A DNA stretch of 64,000 nt from Octopus vulgaris. Lineage: Eukaryota. Location: the NCBI GenBank assembly GCA_951406725.2, contig OX597827.1, positions 9,920,001-9,984,000 of the forward strand, in the 5' to 3' direction. Made by a program: the position numbers and the translations under genes. Positions 29,873 through 43,088 of the stretch are shown here, one piece after another. The notes below the pieces were generated by a model. The model did not search any database. It had not been told where the DNA came from and saw only the letters and a list, made by a program, of their open reading frames with translations. Position 1 is the stretch's first letter. Each line of letters starts with the position of its first letter.

Positions 29873-30748
29873 ATATATATATATGCATATATATAAATAC
29901 TGTATGACTTACCTGTGACCTATTGATTATGAGTAGACTATGATAGATTTGAACAGTGTAGAAACCCACACCCTGTGTGTGTATGGGTGTTTGTGTGTGC
30001 GTGTATGTGCATGTGCTTATGTGTGAGTGTTTGTGTGTGTGGATGTATTGCTAATGTATTTCACTGAAGGATATAAACATCAACTGAAAATCAAAACACT
30101 GTTACTGCATGAGCAAATTACCTTGAGAAGTGTTTATTCTGCATAAAATTAGACATTTCTTTGTCCCTGTTACCATCAGAAATGCAATGAACCAGTGATT
30201 ATCTCATTGGGAAGCTTTAACCAATGACATTCTTGTTCACAAATTGCAATAGAAAATTAATAAAAAATAGCATACAGGCAATGAGAGAAGTTTGCTAATG
30301 TATGAAATATTGGGGCTTTTGCATAAAGCAAATTGCTCTTCAAAGCTTTTGTATTTTCTGGCTCTGAAAAGTTAAACAGGAAATTCAGATATTCTTGACT
30401 ATGAAAACATTGTTTGGTTGCTGTGAAAGGATTAACTGAAGGTTATGTTATATGTTAACACGGTACAACATTAGTGGTTAATGCTATGGATGTCGTTCCA
30501 TTCTTGTTGTTTTTTAGAGCAGTAGCACATTCTATAAGATAGATCTGAAGTAGTTAATGTGGGTGGTAACATTGCTGGTGTAATGAGCCCAGAAATTTTT
30601 AACTAATTAAAATTACAAATGTAGTGAAAAATAAAACAAAATCCATTATTTCGGTGTTTAATTCTGGTCAAGAAACAGGGGAGACAACTTCAAAATTTAG
30701 ATTAAATGAGGTTAATCTAAAAAGCCAATGTCATACGCAGTGAGTCTA

Positions 30749-30966
30749 AGGTGGTGTGCTGGAAGAAACGTTAACACACCAGGTGAAATGCTTAGCAGTA
30801 TTTCGTCTGTCTTTACGTTCTGAGTTCAAATTGGACGGAGGTCAAGTTTACCTTTCATCCTTTCGGGGTCGGTAAATAAGTCCCAGTTGTGTACTGGGGT
30901 CGATCTAATCGATTGGCCTCCTTCCCCATAAATTTCGGGCCTTGTGCCTAGAGTAGAAAAGAATAT
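30749..30966 (+). mobile_element. SINE family A (A2), full length
   Basis: Head, core and A2 tail present. agtgagtct is duplicated at 30739-30747 and 30969-30977. Confidence 0.9.
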
Positions 30967-31988
30967 GGAGTGAGTCTCTTTTTGCTTTTTATCAGCCTGG
31001 TGACAACTTCAAATATGTTTTGGTCTTACCATATACCTCAGCAGTGAAGTATATTAACTGTTACTAGTAGATCTTACATTAGAAGTCTCAGAAGCTTATG
31101 AACTCAATTTTATTTTAAGAAGATTGATATCATAATAGATTACATGTGAATATCTTCTAGAATTAGTGAAAACTGTGCAACTCATACATAGTAAAATAAT
31201 AACTGAATTTATTCTGTATTACAGAACATATATTTAGATTGTGAAAGTAGTTTCAAAGCAATGCCAAATACATATATATATATATATATATACTTTCTTT
31301 TAAAATAAGTTAAAAGTTATAAACTTTGAGAGAATATACATGTCTCACAACAAAAGAATCATGACTTCAAACTAATTAAGACTCATTCAATGTCAGAACA
31401 GTCAGACACCATACAAAAGAAGAACAACAATAAATCTAAACTTCAACTCATCCTGCCAAATCTACATTCGATATTCAATTGACATATGCTTTGCCATTTT
31501 CACGGATTGTTCTATATCTCTTTTAAGATGAAGTAATTGGACAGTGCAAGACGAGAGGACTTCTATATTATGGAGATACCTGCACATGATAGGAATACAG
31601 AAGATTTATATTTTCTCCCATCGATGTACCAGATTATTAGGTCGTTGTAGGACATTGACTAAAATAATACAATTACTTCATAGTTGGCAACAATACAACA
31701 TGCTGAACTGGCAAACGGAAAGGAGAAGGAAGCAAGCTTGATCCAAACCTGATGTCTGAAAGAGTCCTTTGCTTCTTACTCCTAGATCTAGACTTCCATA
31801 ATGTTCAGAAAACAGTAAAAGTATTTTAGAATAAAGCTAAATATTTACTGTTATAATTAAATAATTTATTCAAATGGTCTACAGTAAGCTACATAAATTT
31901 TCTCAGACATTTATGGCTACATAAATTTTCTCAGACATTTATCGCTAAAGAATTTCTTCCAGATAACGAAAAATAAGAAACCAAAAGG

Positions 31989-32403
31989 CTCTTTTACTCT
32001 TTTACCCTTTTATGTGCTTCAGTCATTTGACTGTGGCCATACTGGAGCACCGCCTTTAGTCGAGCAAATCGACCCCAGGACTTATTCTTTGTAAGCCTAG
32101 TACTTATTCTATTGGTCTCTTTGTCGAACTGCTAGGTAACGGGGATGTAAACACACCAGCATCGGTTGTCAAGCGATGTTGGGGGGATAAACACAGATGC
32201 ACAAACATATACACACACATGCATATATATATATATACATTTATACGATAGGCTTCTTTCAGTTTCCGTCTACCAAATCGACTCACAAGGCTTTGGTTGG
32301 CCTGAGGCTATAGTAGAAGACACTTGCCTAAGTTGCCATGCAGTGGGACTGAACCTGGAACCATGTGGTTTGTAAGCAAGCTACTTACCACACAGCCACT
32401 CCT
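31989..32403 (-). mobile_element. SINE family B, full length
   Basis: Reverse complement of 50118-50540, including the internal (TA)n(TG)n and the (GTAAAAGA)n tail. Confidence 0.92.
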
Positions 32404-32527
32404 CTGTAAATTTAAACATGGAGTCTAATTACACTGAACATACAGGTGCAATGCTGACAGATATTTCTTCATAAATCAAACCATATTAGCTCTCCAGTAA
32501 ATCAATTGTTTCATATGCATAAATATA

Positions 32528-32758
32528 TATTTCTTTACTACCCACAAGGGGCTAAACATAGAGGGGACAAACAAGGACAGACATAGGTATTAAGTCGATT
32601 ACATCGACCCCAGTGCATAACTGGTACTTAATTTATTGACCCTGGAAGGATGAAAGGCAAAGTCGACCTCGGCGGAATTTGAACTCACAATGTAACGACA
32701 GACGAAATACCGCTAAGCATTTCGCCCGACACGCTAACGTTTCTGCCAGCTCGCCGCC
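32528..32758 (-). mobile_element. SINE family A (A1), full length, 17-bp TSD
   Basis: tcatatgcataaatata at 32511-32527 and 32759-32775. Confidence 0.93.
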
Positions 32759-32775
32759 TCATATGCATAAATATA

Positions 32776-33128
32776 GGTGCAGTTTGCTTCTCATCAACAT
32801 AGTTCCAAGTTCAGTCTCAAAGCGTGACACCTTAGGTAGTTGTCTTCTACTGTAGCCTTGGGCTGATTAAAGCCTCATGAGTGGATTCAGCAGATGAAAA
32901 CTGAAAGAAGCCTGCCATATATGCATATATGTTATCATGCATTTATACCTCCATAAGTTGGTGGTTAGGCAAAAGAGATTGATAGAATATGTACCAGACT
33001 GAAACAGGAAAATAAGTACTAGGGTTATTTCATTTGACTAAAATTCTTTGAGGTAGTGCCCCAGCATGGCTGTAGTCTAATCATTGAAGCAAGCAAAAGA
33101 TAAAATGTAAACAATAAAAGATAAAAGA
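32776..33128 (+). mobile_element. SINE family B, diverged
   Basis: GTCTTCTACTGTAGCC, GAAAACTGAAAGAAGCCTG and CCCCAGCATGGCTGTAGTC motifs. Confidence 0.78.
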
Positions 33129-33374
33129 TATATGTATGTGAGTGTACATTATATATATATATTAATTTTTATGAGGAAGAGGCTGATAGTGTCTTCAAAT
33201 TTTCACTGTCATCAGACTGTCTGGTGACAGCAAGCAAGTCAAAAACTTCAAAGTCTCTGTTAACTTTTCCGTTGTAAAATTTGATAAATAGGAAATGTAT
33301 TAAAAAGTATTGAATAATAACTTCAGTTTAATGTTAAATCATTGTTGTATATAATTTACGTAAAACAAACATGG

Positions 33375-33434
33375 ATGCATATTTATACATATATACACAC
33401 ATACTACATACATCAAACATACATACATACATAC

Positions 33435-33529
<95 letters not shown>

Positions 33530-34002
33530 GTATGTATATTTATATATATAGTCACACATACACACACATATATATATACATGCACACATGTATTCAATTC
33601 AAAAGCTATTTAAGGCAGGGAAGATGTATATGTGTGTAGTTGCAACTGCAAACCAGCAGAGCGTTCAGCCGAATTCCAGAGGTTGTTGGTTCAACTCCCC
33701 AATGGCTCCATTTAATAACTTTGTACTTCTTCTAAGATCTTTGTTTATATATACTTTGAGCTTGATAGAGTAAAATAGGCATTAATATACATTTATAAAC
33801 ACAAACAAACTCGCTTTCCTTCTCTCCATCTCATACATGCATGCACTCACTTATATTCATATAAACACATTCATACTGATTTTTACCCCAAATACATAAA
33901 TGTGTGAATTTGTGTATGTGGGTATAAAATGTATATGTATTTATATATTTAAATATACATTTATACTGATTTATAAATGCGTGTATGTGTGTGTGTATAC
34001 AT

Positions 34003-34060
<58 letters not shown>

Positions 34061-34066
34061 ATACAT

Positions 34067-34123
<57 letters not shown>

Positions 34124-34232
34124 ATATATATATATATAAATATATATTATATTATATATATATGTATATACATATATATATACATTCATGTGTATGCATA
34201 TATATACATATATATATATATACATATATATC

Positions 34233-34312
<80 letters not shown>

Positions 34313-35086
34313 TTATATATATATATGTATATATATCTACATGCATGTAGGCATGTATGTATTTAAAGAGAAAGATAGTATGCTTACACACATGCATGCA
34401 TGATTCAAGTGCAGTGATGCACACACTGTTTTAATGCATTTTAATATATATCTATTACATTAGAAAGGCTCCAAAAGATGAAACATCAGTCAGGAACAAA
34501 AAAAAAAAAGAGAAAAGAAACGAAACGAAAAAAAACAAACAAGCAAAACGCAAAGCAGAATAGAATAAAGAAGGCAAAGGCGGCTGGAGGAAGATAAAAA
34601 GAAGATGAAGAGGGGAAACATTCAGCAAGATGTAATAAGATATGATATGCTGTGTGTCCGTGTGTCTGTCTGAAACAAAACAAACAGTGTAAAATGAAAC
34701 AAAGAAAACAAAAACTTGAGTAAGGAATTAAAACCAAATGAAAAAAAAAAAAAAACAAAAATATAAGAAAATATAAAATTTTCCTGTGCCGCCGCCCAAC
34801 CTTTCAAGGAAATTGGTAAGTCTATCACAGAGTTGATGGTATGATCTTTGACAGAGAGGCCGTGATAGGTTGCAAACAAATGAAGACAGTAAAACTAATG
34901 ATCATCACTAATGCCCATGGTGCCAAAACTTCTCTTTGCTAAATAAATTTACGTATGATTGATGTTCTGCTCTGGCAGTAACACTTGATATTAAGTCGCC
35001 CAGAGAGCATATATTGAACCAGAAAACAAATTCCTTCATCTCGTTCTATCTCTCTTTCCCTTTCTCTCTCTCTCCATCCCCTCATT

Positions 35087-35117
<31 letters not shown>

Positions 35118-35129
35118 CTTCTTGTAATG

Positions 35130-35160
<31 letters not shown>

Positions 35161-35352
35161 CGTATGTGAAGATGCATATATGTGTGAGTTTGTGTAAGTG
35201 TGCATCATAAGTGAGTGTTCTGATATAGGTAACTATATATATATGTATATACCTATCTCTCTTTTTCTCTTTCTCATATATATATATATATATACACACA
35301 CCACACACATAATATATATATATATATATACATACATATATATATATATGAA

Positions 35353-35414
<62 letters not shown>

Positions 35415-35460
35415 CATATATGTGTGTGTGTGTGTGTAAACACATATGCACATGCATACC
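33375..35460. repeat. Compound (TA)n, (CT)n and (TG)n microsatellite blocks
   Basis: Directly visible, interrupted by unique sequence at about 33590-33830 and 34430-35035. Confidence 0.88.
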
Positions 35461-35730
35461 AACACATTCACAAAAGTATAAAAATGTTAAATGTTGACAC
35501 TGTTACAATTTCTTCAAACATAACTAAAGTGATAGAAGATTACAAATTCATTTCGAAGATATTCCATCTCCCCACTCTGTTCTCCTTCGCAAACCAGATA
35601 GAAATATTCCTTGTGAATTTTTCATCAAGAAATTTGGAAAATTAGTTTGAATAAAATGAGAAAGCTATCAAGTAGGTATATATTTGACATATGTTTGTGC
35701 ATGGTGTACGTACATGTGTGTAAATATATT

Positions 35731-36121
35731 CATAGGAGTGTCTGTGTGGTATGTAGCTTGCTAACCAACCACATGGCTCCGGGTTCAGTCCCACTGCGTG
35801 GCATCTTGGGCAAGTGTCTTCTGCTATAGCCCCGGGCCGACCAATGCCTTGTGAGTGGATTTGGTAGACGGAAACTGAAAGAAGCCTGTCGTATATATGT
35901 ATATATATATAAGTGTGTGTATGTGTTTGTGTGTCTGTGTTTGTCCCCCTAGCATTGCTTGACAACCGATGCTGGTGTGTTTACATCACTTAGCGGTTTG
36001 GCAAAAGGGACCGATAGAATAAGTACTGGGCTTACAAGGAATAAGTCCCGGGGTCGATTTGCTCAACTAAAGGCATTGCTCCAGCATGGCCGCAGTCAAA
36101 TGACTGAAACAAGTAAAAGAA
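35731..36121 (+). mobile_element. SINE family B, full length
   Basis: Near-identical to 50118-50540. Confidence 0.93.
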
Positions 36122-36237
36122 TAAATAGTATATATATCTAAGCACTCAAAGACAAAAACTAATATATGCATACATTCACACACAAATGCAATAATGTACA
36201 TGAACATAAATGCAAACACACACACACATAGACATAT

Positions 36238-36448
36238 ATAAGAGGAATAGCCACCAAGGTAGATTCCTAATATGCTAGAAGAAGACGCCAAATCACCTTG
36301 CCACAAAAAATAGGTTCTCAGAAATTTTAGCAAATGCCAGAATTTCTCTTGCTCACATACATTCTTGTGAACATATTCTTTGTGGTAAGGCGATTTAGCA
36401 TCTTCTTATAGGATATTAGGAATCCACATTGGTGGCTATTCCTCTTAT
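36238..36448. repeat. Fold-back insert with about 86-bp diverged arms
   Basis: ATAAGAGGAATAGCCACCAA.. (36238-36323) versus ..TTGGTGGCTATTCCTCTTAT (36362-36448). Confidence 0.8.
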
Positions 36449-36575
36449 TTATATCTCTAATATAATTTATAGTTCTCAGATATTTTAAAAGTATGTTAGC
36501 CACAGGTTATATATATATATATCAGAAATATTAAATTTCTAAATATCTCATAGAGATATGTACAGTGGTGGAGCG

Positions 36576-36848
36576 ATAGAGTGGTTGTATACTGTCAATC
36601 TAATGTGACAGTAGGGGATTACACCACCGCTGTTTAGCCCTAGGAAGCATCGACGCTTCCTGTCAGCTTCGACACATTTCCTGTGTCCTTATATATTTAC
36701 GAAGGGGAGACAAACACCTCCAACACCAAGGACACAGGAAAAGTGTCAAGGCCGACAGGAAGCGTCGATGCTTCCTAGGGCTAAACAGCAGTGGTGTAAT
36801 TCCCTTACAGGACTGTCATGTTAAGGTGACAGTATACAACCACTCTAT
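36576..36848. repeat. Fold-back insert with about 115-bp arms
   Basis: 36576-36690 versus 36728-36848, including a perfect CTGTTTAGCCCTAGGAAGCATCGACGCTTCCTGTC match. Confidence 0.88.
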
Positions 36849-37584
36849 ATGTATATATATATATATATCCATATCTCCTCACTGCAAACATACGCTCATC
36901 ACTTACTTACAAGCATACATACATGCATACATACATACAAACATACATACATACATACCTACATACATACATGCATACATACATACATGCTTATACATGT
37001 AAGTACTTACACACAAACATGTTGGAGCAGGCAAAACTGTGTGGTTAAGAAGCTTGCTTTGCAACCATGTGATTTTGGGTTCAGTCCCAACCGGTTCAGC
37101 CACTTGGGCAAATGTCTTCTACTAGAGCCCCAGGTTGACCAATGCCTTGCAAGTGAATTTAGTTGGCAGAAATTGTGTGCAAGCCAGCTGTGTATATATA
37201 TTTGGTACAAATCTTTATTCAATGTGGTAATTGTTTTGATCCATCCTGCATTTGTCCCTTACAAGTAGGATATTGTGCCTCTAGTTGTGTTGCATCAATC
37301 AGTGCAGCTTGTGTCACCTCAGGTGTTTGGAATAAAAAGATATCCTACTTCAGATTGGAGGATGGGTTGAAATGATTGTCACGTTGAATAAAGATTTGCA
37401 CCAAACCCATTTTCTGTTTCCCTCATCAATTACAAACTAAAAGAACACTGCAGAATTCCTGATGTAGATTCACTGAAAATTATACTGTAACTGGATGACA
37501 TCAGGTAACCCAAATGATGAATGTGCTTTAATTGGTATACTAATAGGCATATACCCAAAATTCAAATAATTACTTATATATATA

Positions 37585-37946
37585 TATAAATAAAACCCTT
37601 GATTCAAAGACACTATGTATAAACTCTATACTTGGAATGACCAATTTTAAATACTATCGGATTTTACTCATAAGTTATTGGAATATTATATGCATACCAT
37701 TCTGCTTAAAAAAATGGATCTAGAAATGCAATATCCCTACATATCTCACATCTATTTTCTTTTATTTCCTCCACCTCACTCTCTATTTTATATCTTATCT
37801 AAATAAGCTATTTCTTAACCATCCTCTCACACCGTCTCCGATGAAGGGATATAATAAATATCCTGGAAACAGCTGTAAGACCTTCTATCTATAAATGTTC
37901 TAAAATGTACGCAGCATTGGATTTTTATCCCATTACGAAAAAAATT
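37585..37946 (+). mobile_element. Penelope-like terminal fragment in (TA)n
   Basis: Bounded by TA runs; carries a hammerhead motif. Confidence 0.55.
37834..37881 (+). ncRNA. Minimal type-I hammerhead ribozyme motif with CCGAUGA core variant
   Basis: GTCT-CCGATGA-AGGGATAT(AATAA)ATATCCTG-GAAA-CAGCTG-TA-AGAC: helix I GTCT/AGAC, 7-bp helix II, palindromic helix III. Confidence 0.72.
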
Positions 37947-38085
37947 ATATATATATATATGTCGCAAGGAGGTACATGTTGATACAAAGAGGATTCAGTC
38001 AGAATTTTTATGTTAACATGTTCCTCCCTTGCTACAACGTAGCCTTTAATCTAACCAAGGTATCCTTGGCCTGAAGAGTACTTGG

Positions 38086-38147
<62 letters not shown>

Positions 38148-38227
38148 GTATATGTATACATGAGTGAGTGGCCAAACGTAAAAAAAGAGCACTCAGCACA
38201 TTTAATAGGAATTGCATGTATTATTTA

Positions 38228-38390
38228 AAACAGTCTGATTCACTTCAGTGCTACTTCAAGATTTGCAAGCCCCTAATGGGAGCCCAACTCCTTCAGGTTT
38301 CTAGAACAACTGAAGCATGAAAGAATTGGGCTCTCATTAGGAGCCTGTGAAACAATTCTATGAAGTAGCACAGAATTGAATCAAATTGTT
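38228..38390. repeat. Diverged fold-back insert between (TA)n tracts
   Basis: GTGCTACTTCA/TGAAGTAGCAC and CCTAATGGGAGCCCAA/TTGGGCTCTCATTAGG inverted pairs. Confidence 0.72.
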
Positions 38391-38397
38391 ATATATA

Positions 38398-38433
<36 letters not shown>

Positions 38434-39837
38434 TGTATGTATGTATGTATGTATGTATGTATGTATGTATGTATGTATGTATGTATGTATGTATATGTGT
38501 GTGTGTGTATATGTTTGTGTGTGTATGTGTGTGTATGAGTGCCTTAACCAATTAACAGTAGGTGTTGGTTTGTTCACACTCATGTAATTCAGCGGTTTTA
38601 GTAAGAGACAAACAGAATTGTTCTGAAACTTTAAAAAATAAGAACTGTGGTCAATTTTTTGGACTAAACTCTTGAAGATGCTCCAGCATGGGCCATTGTC
38701 CAGTGATTGAAATATGTAAAACATAAAAGGTTAACGGTATAAAAATGCATGTATATATTATGAGGGTGTTTTCCTTTTGCTAGAAATAGCAGCTGAATCT
38801 CTTTTATATCATATCCAGCCATCTTAAGAAGGACACATTGGGTAATGTGGTCTTGGGCTTTCTCAACATAGAAATGAAGCAGGATGGCCATGGTTGGAAT
38901 ATCTTTAGTTATAGATTTGCTCATTCAAGGTTGAGGTGAGACTAAACAAGCACAACAATAACAACAGCAACAATGTTACCACCACCACCACCACCACCAC
39001 TGTCAATGGCACCAGTAATCCCTGCAATAATGGCAGTTCTAATAAGAACAACTGCAATTCTTCTGTCTGTATTTCCGCTCCAAAATACTTTACAACATTT
39101 GAAGTTTACACTGTATTTACAGTAGTTTTGGTAAATATACCCACCTCTCTCTCTCTGTTTTTCTCTCTCTCTCGGTTTCTCTCTCTCTCCCTCTCTCTCT
39201 CTGACACACACATACAAACACATGTATACATATATCAATCCCTTAACCTTAAAAGAAGACAACTGTTCGGAACCGTATGAAATCACAATCAGAAGAAAAC
39301 TTGGACTATGTTTAAGCCACTGCCACTATTATTAAAAGGCCATGGACCATGCTGTCATTCTTGAAAATGTTCCCCAAATTGCTATCTGTCATAACTGCCA
39401 AGCGAACCGAATGTACAATCACAAGAAATGTCTCTTTTAAAATCACAGAGTCTTTCATCAAAGTAAGTCATGATATAAATCTATTTCCTACACCCACAAA
39501 AATGCATTAGTGGTTGCCTGAGAGAGGTTAACTACAACCTTTTAGGAAAAGAACATGTCTTAACATTTGTGCAGGCTGTATAGATAGATTTCTATCTCTC
39601 TCTCTCTCTACTTTTCTTTCATTTTCTCCTATTCTCCTTTTTATTTCTATCATTTTTGCGTTTCTAAGTGTCCATGTGTCCATGTATGTATACAAACCCA
39701 TAAATATATATATATATATATATCATATTCTTGGCTATGTCATGTAACTGGTCAGAATATTATATGCCATAACTAGGAATATACTTGAAATTCATTTAAA
39801 GTGAACTTTCTTCCTGACTTATTGATGACCCACTGAT

Positions 39838-39925
39838 AATATATGTATATATGTATGTACGCATGCATGTATATATAGATGTGTGTATAAATATATATAC
39901 ATGTATATGTATATATGTATGTCTG

Positions 39926-39970
<45 letters not shown>

Positions 39971-40012
39971 ACATATATATCTATACGCTATATATATATA
40001 TATAGATATATA

Positions 40013-40066
<54 letters not shown>

Positions 40067-40207
40067 TAGATAGATAGATGGTTATATATATATATATATA
40101 TATATAGATATATATAAAGAGAGAGAGAGAGAAACTTAAGTGTTCATATTTATACATATGTATGGATGTATATCCATCCATTTATCTATCTATCTATATC
40201 TATCGAG

Positions 40208-40297
<90 letters not shown>

Positions 40298-40355
40298 CAG
40301 TGTATATACACATGTGTATGTGTGTGTGTGTGTGTGTGCGTGTGTGTGTTTGTTT
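39838..40355. repeat. Compound (TCTA)n/(GA)n/(TA)n/(TG)n microsatellite
   Basis: Directly visible. Confidence 0.95.
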
Positions 40356-40783
40356 CTGTGTGTAATGCGTTTGTGTACTTGCTATCAATTGCAACCATTT
40401 TTTTGCACTCCTTTTGTCTTTTCTTTTAAAATACAGGTTCCTTCCTTTCAAGTTTCAAGTTTGAACCTAAATCTTAAGGCCATGAAAGATACATTACCCA
40501 GACCCATACTGATATAATGAGTTAGCATTAAAACCACTCACCTTATAACTGAATCAAACACATATGATTAACAAATATACTGTCACTAGAGTAATTGCTC
40601 CAGACATTTTATATTAAATAATCCATGTTTAAACTGTTGATCGTAATTAAATTTAGATAACGGACGCTTTATCAACAGACTTCCATAAAACCCAAAGATT
40701 CACGCTACTTCCACATAAGTATAGATTTATATATAGCCCCCGTCTCTCCTCAGTTCATATAATTCCATTTTATTTCTGTCATG

Positions 40784-41217
40784 TTTACTCTTTACTCTTT
40801 TACTCTTTTACTTGTTTCACTCATTTGACTGTGGCCATGCTGGAGCACTGCCTTTAATCGAGCAACTCAACCCTGGGACTTATTCTTTGTAAGCCCAGTA
40901 CTTATTCTATTGGTCTCTTTTTGCTGAACCGCTAAGTGATGGGGACATAAACACACCAGCATCGGTTGTCAAGCAATGCTAGGGGGACAAACACAGACAC
41001 ACAAACACACACAGACACACAAACACACACACACACATATATATACATATATACGACAGGCTTCTTTCAGTTTCCGTCTACCAAATCCACTCACAAGGCT
41101 TTGGTCGGCCCGGGGCTATAGCAGAAGACACTTGCCCAAGATGCCACACAGTGGGACTGAACCCGGAACCATGTGGTTGGTAAGCAAGCTACTTACCACA
41201 CAGCCACTCCTGCGCCT
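40784..41217 (-). mobile_element. SINE family B, full length
   Basis: Reverse complement of the family consensus, ending cagccactcctgcgcct. Confidence 0.93.
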
Positions 41218-41495
41218 TTTTTTTATGGTTTACTCACACCTGTAGTTCAAGGTTTAGTGCACTCTATTTCTAATCCAGAATGTGTGGGTTCAAATCCCAC
41301 CTAGCATGAGGATTATTATTTTAGGGGTAGGCATGGCTGTTTGTTTAAGAAGATCACTGTGCAACCATGTTCAGTCTCACAGATTCAGTCTCACAGTGTA
41401 TTCTTTATTTATATATATATGTGTGTGTATACACATATATATATGTATATATGTATATATGTATGTGTTTATATATATATATATTAATACATACA

Positions 41496-41570
<75 letters not shown>

Positions 41571-41729
41571 ATTATTTCAGGGAATATTATTCCTAACTTA
41601 CAAGGAAAAATTCAATTTTGAAATACTAAATCAAATTTCACAAAATATAGTATATATATATATATATAAGAATTACAAAAAACCACCTTTTATCACCATC
41701 TAGAAAATAAAATAAGTTAATTAGACTAA

Positions 41730-41763
<34 letters not shown>

Positions 41764-42614
41764 TTGGTCTAATTAACTTATAGTATCCTAATGCACCATT
41801 TAGAATATTTCTCTTGTTATGATTACATTCACACACTCACGCACGCAGAGGGATGCAGACATACACATATACACACAAATGCCCCATCACAACACTGATC
41901 TGAAGTGGCTATGGATCATGAAGAATATGCCGAAAGGGCTGACATTTATGGCCATGTGTTGTGCTGGAGGGAACCCATTTAACTCATGTAAGTATGGAAA
42001 AATAGCTATAAAGATTATGGTGCTGTTTATGGTTTGTGATGGAGTTTAGGTTGTATTATAACAACATCTGGGTTTCTTCTGATCATTTTTTTTTTTTTAG
42101 TTATAAGTCTTCGTATATTTCTTCATCTGTTCGTATAATGAGTGATGGAACCCCTTGTTAGATCTGTTCACATACTATCTCCCCTCTTACCATTACCCTT
42201 TCTTTATTGCTAACTATGAGTCCCTCTCTCCCATTACCGTTTCCTCTATCACTCATTATTGACATCAAACTCTTCTACTGTCTCTACTTCTCTAATCTTC
42301 AATGCTCTCCGTCATTCTTTCTCACTTTACTCCTTCCTCTCTCTCTCTCTCTCTCTCTCTCTAATCCTTTTGCCTTCTTCTCCATCATACATTTATTCTC
42401 TCCTCAATCAATCTCTCACTTCCGGTACTCGATCTTCTATCACTTTGTCTCCTTCCTCCTTACCAATAATCATCTGCAAGCTGTCTATCATTCTCTCTGT
42501 TTATTTCCCCCCTTACACCCACCTTTATCACACTCTCACTCCCATCATATATCTATTATTCTGGTCCTCTTTGACCTCCATCTTTTTCCTTCTCATTAGT
42601 TAGTTAATTAAGTT

Positions 42615-42828
42615 CCTTACCGAGTCATATAGACTCAGGTGTATATATTCCCCACCTGGATTGGAAGCTGGTCTATCACAGGATTACTCATTTTTGGAAG
42701 CTGGACAGTAGCAATGTGAAATGAAGTGTTTTGCTCAAGAACGCAATGCTTTGCCCAATCCAGGAATTGAAACCACAATCTTACAACCATGAATTCAACA
42801 CCCTAACCACTAAACCATGCACCTCCAC
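42615..42828 (-). mobile_element. SINE family C-related, diverged; similar copies at 59064-59300 (+), 60145-60792 (-, two copies) and 61325-61520 (-)
   Basis: gaaatgaagtgttttgctcaagaac..gaattgaaaccacaatc..ccctaaccactaaaccatgcacctccac. Confidence 0.72.
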
Positions 42829-42854
42829 TTCCTTCTCATTAGGTATATGACATA

Positions 42855-43088
42855 AGGTGGCGAGATGGCCGAAACGTTAGCATGCCAGGCGAAATGCTTT
42901 GTGGTATTTCGTCCACCACTACGTTCTGAGTTCAAATTTTGCCAAGGTCGACTTTGCCTTTCATCTTTTTGGGGTTGATAAATTAAGTACCAGTTACGCA
43001 CTGGGGTCGATGTAATCAGCGTAATCCGTTTGTCTGTCCTTGTTTGTCCTCTCTGTGTTTAGCCCCTTGTGGGTAGTAAAGAAATAGA
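42855..43088 (+). mobile_element. SINE family A (A1), full length
   Basis: Complete head, core and tail. tatatgaca is duplicated at 42844-42852 and 43089-43097. Confidence 0.92.

Noticed and set aside
31528-31741. Possible terminal exon after TTTTAAG (EVIGQCKTRGLLYYGDTCT*)
   Set aside because: It is short and unrecognisable, and expected by chance.
31888-31942. 28-bp direct tandem duplication (similar one at 26959-27024)
   Set aside because: Ordinary local slippage duplication with no further structure.
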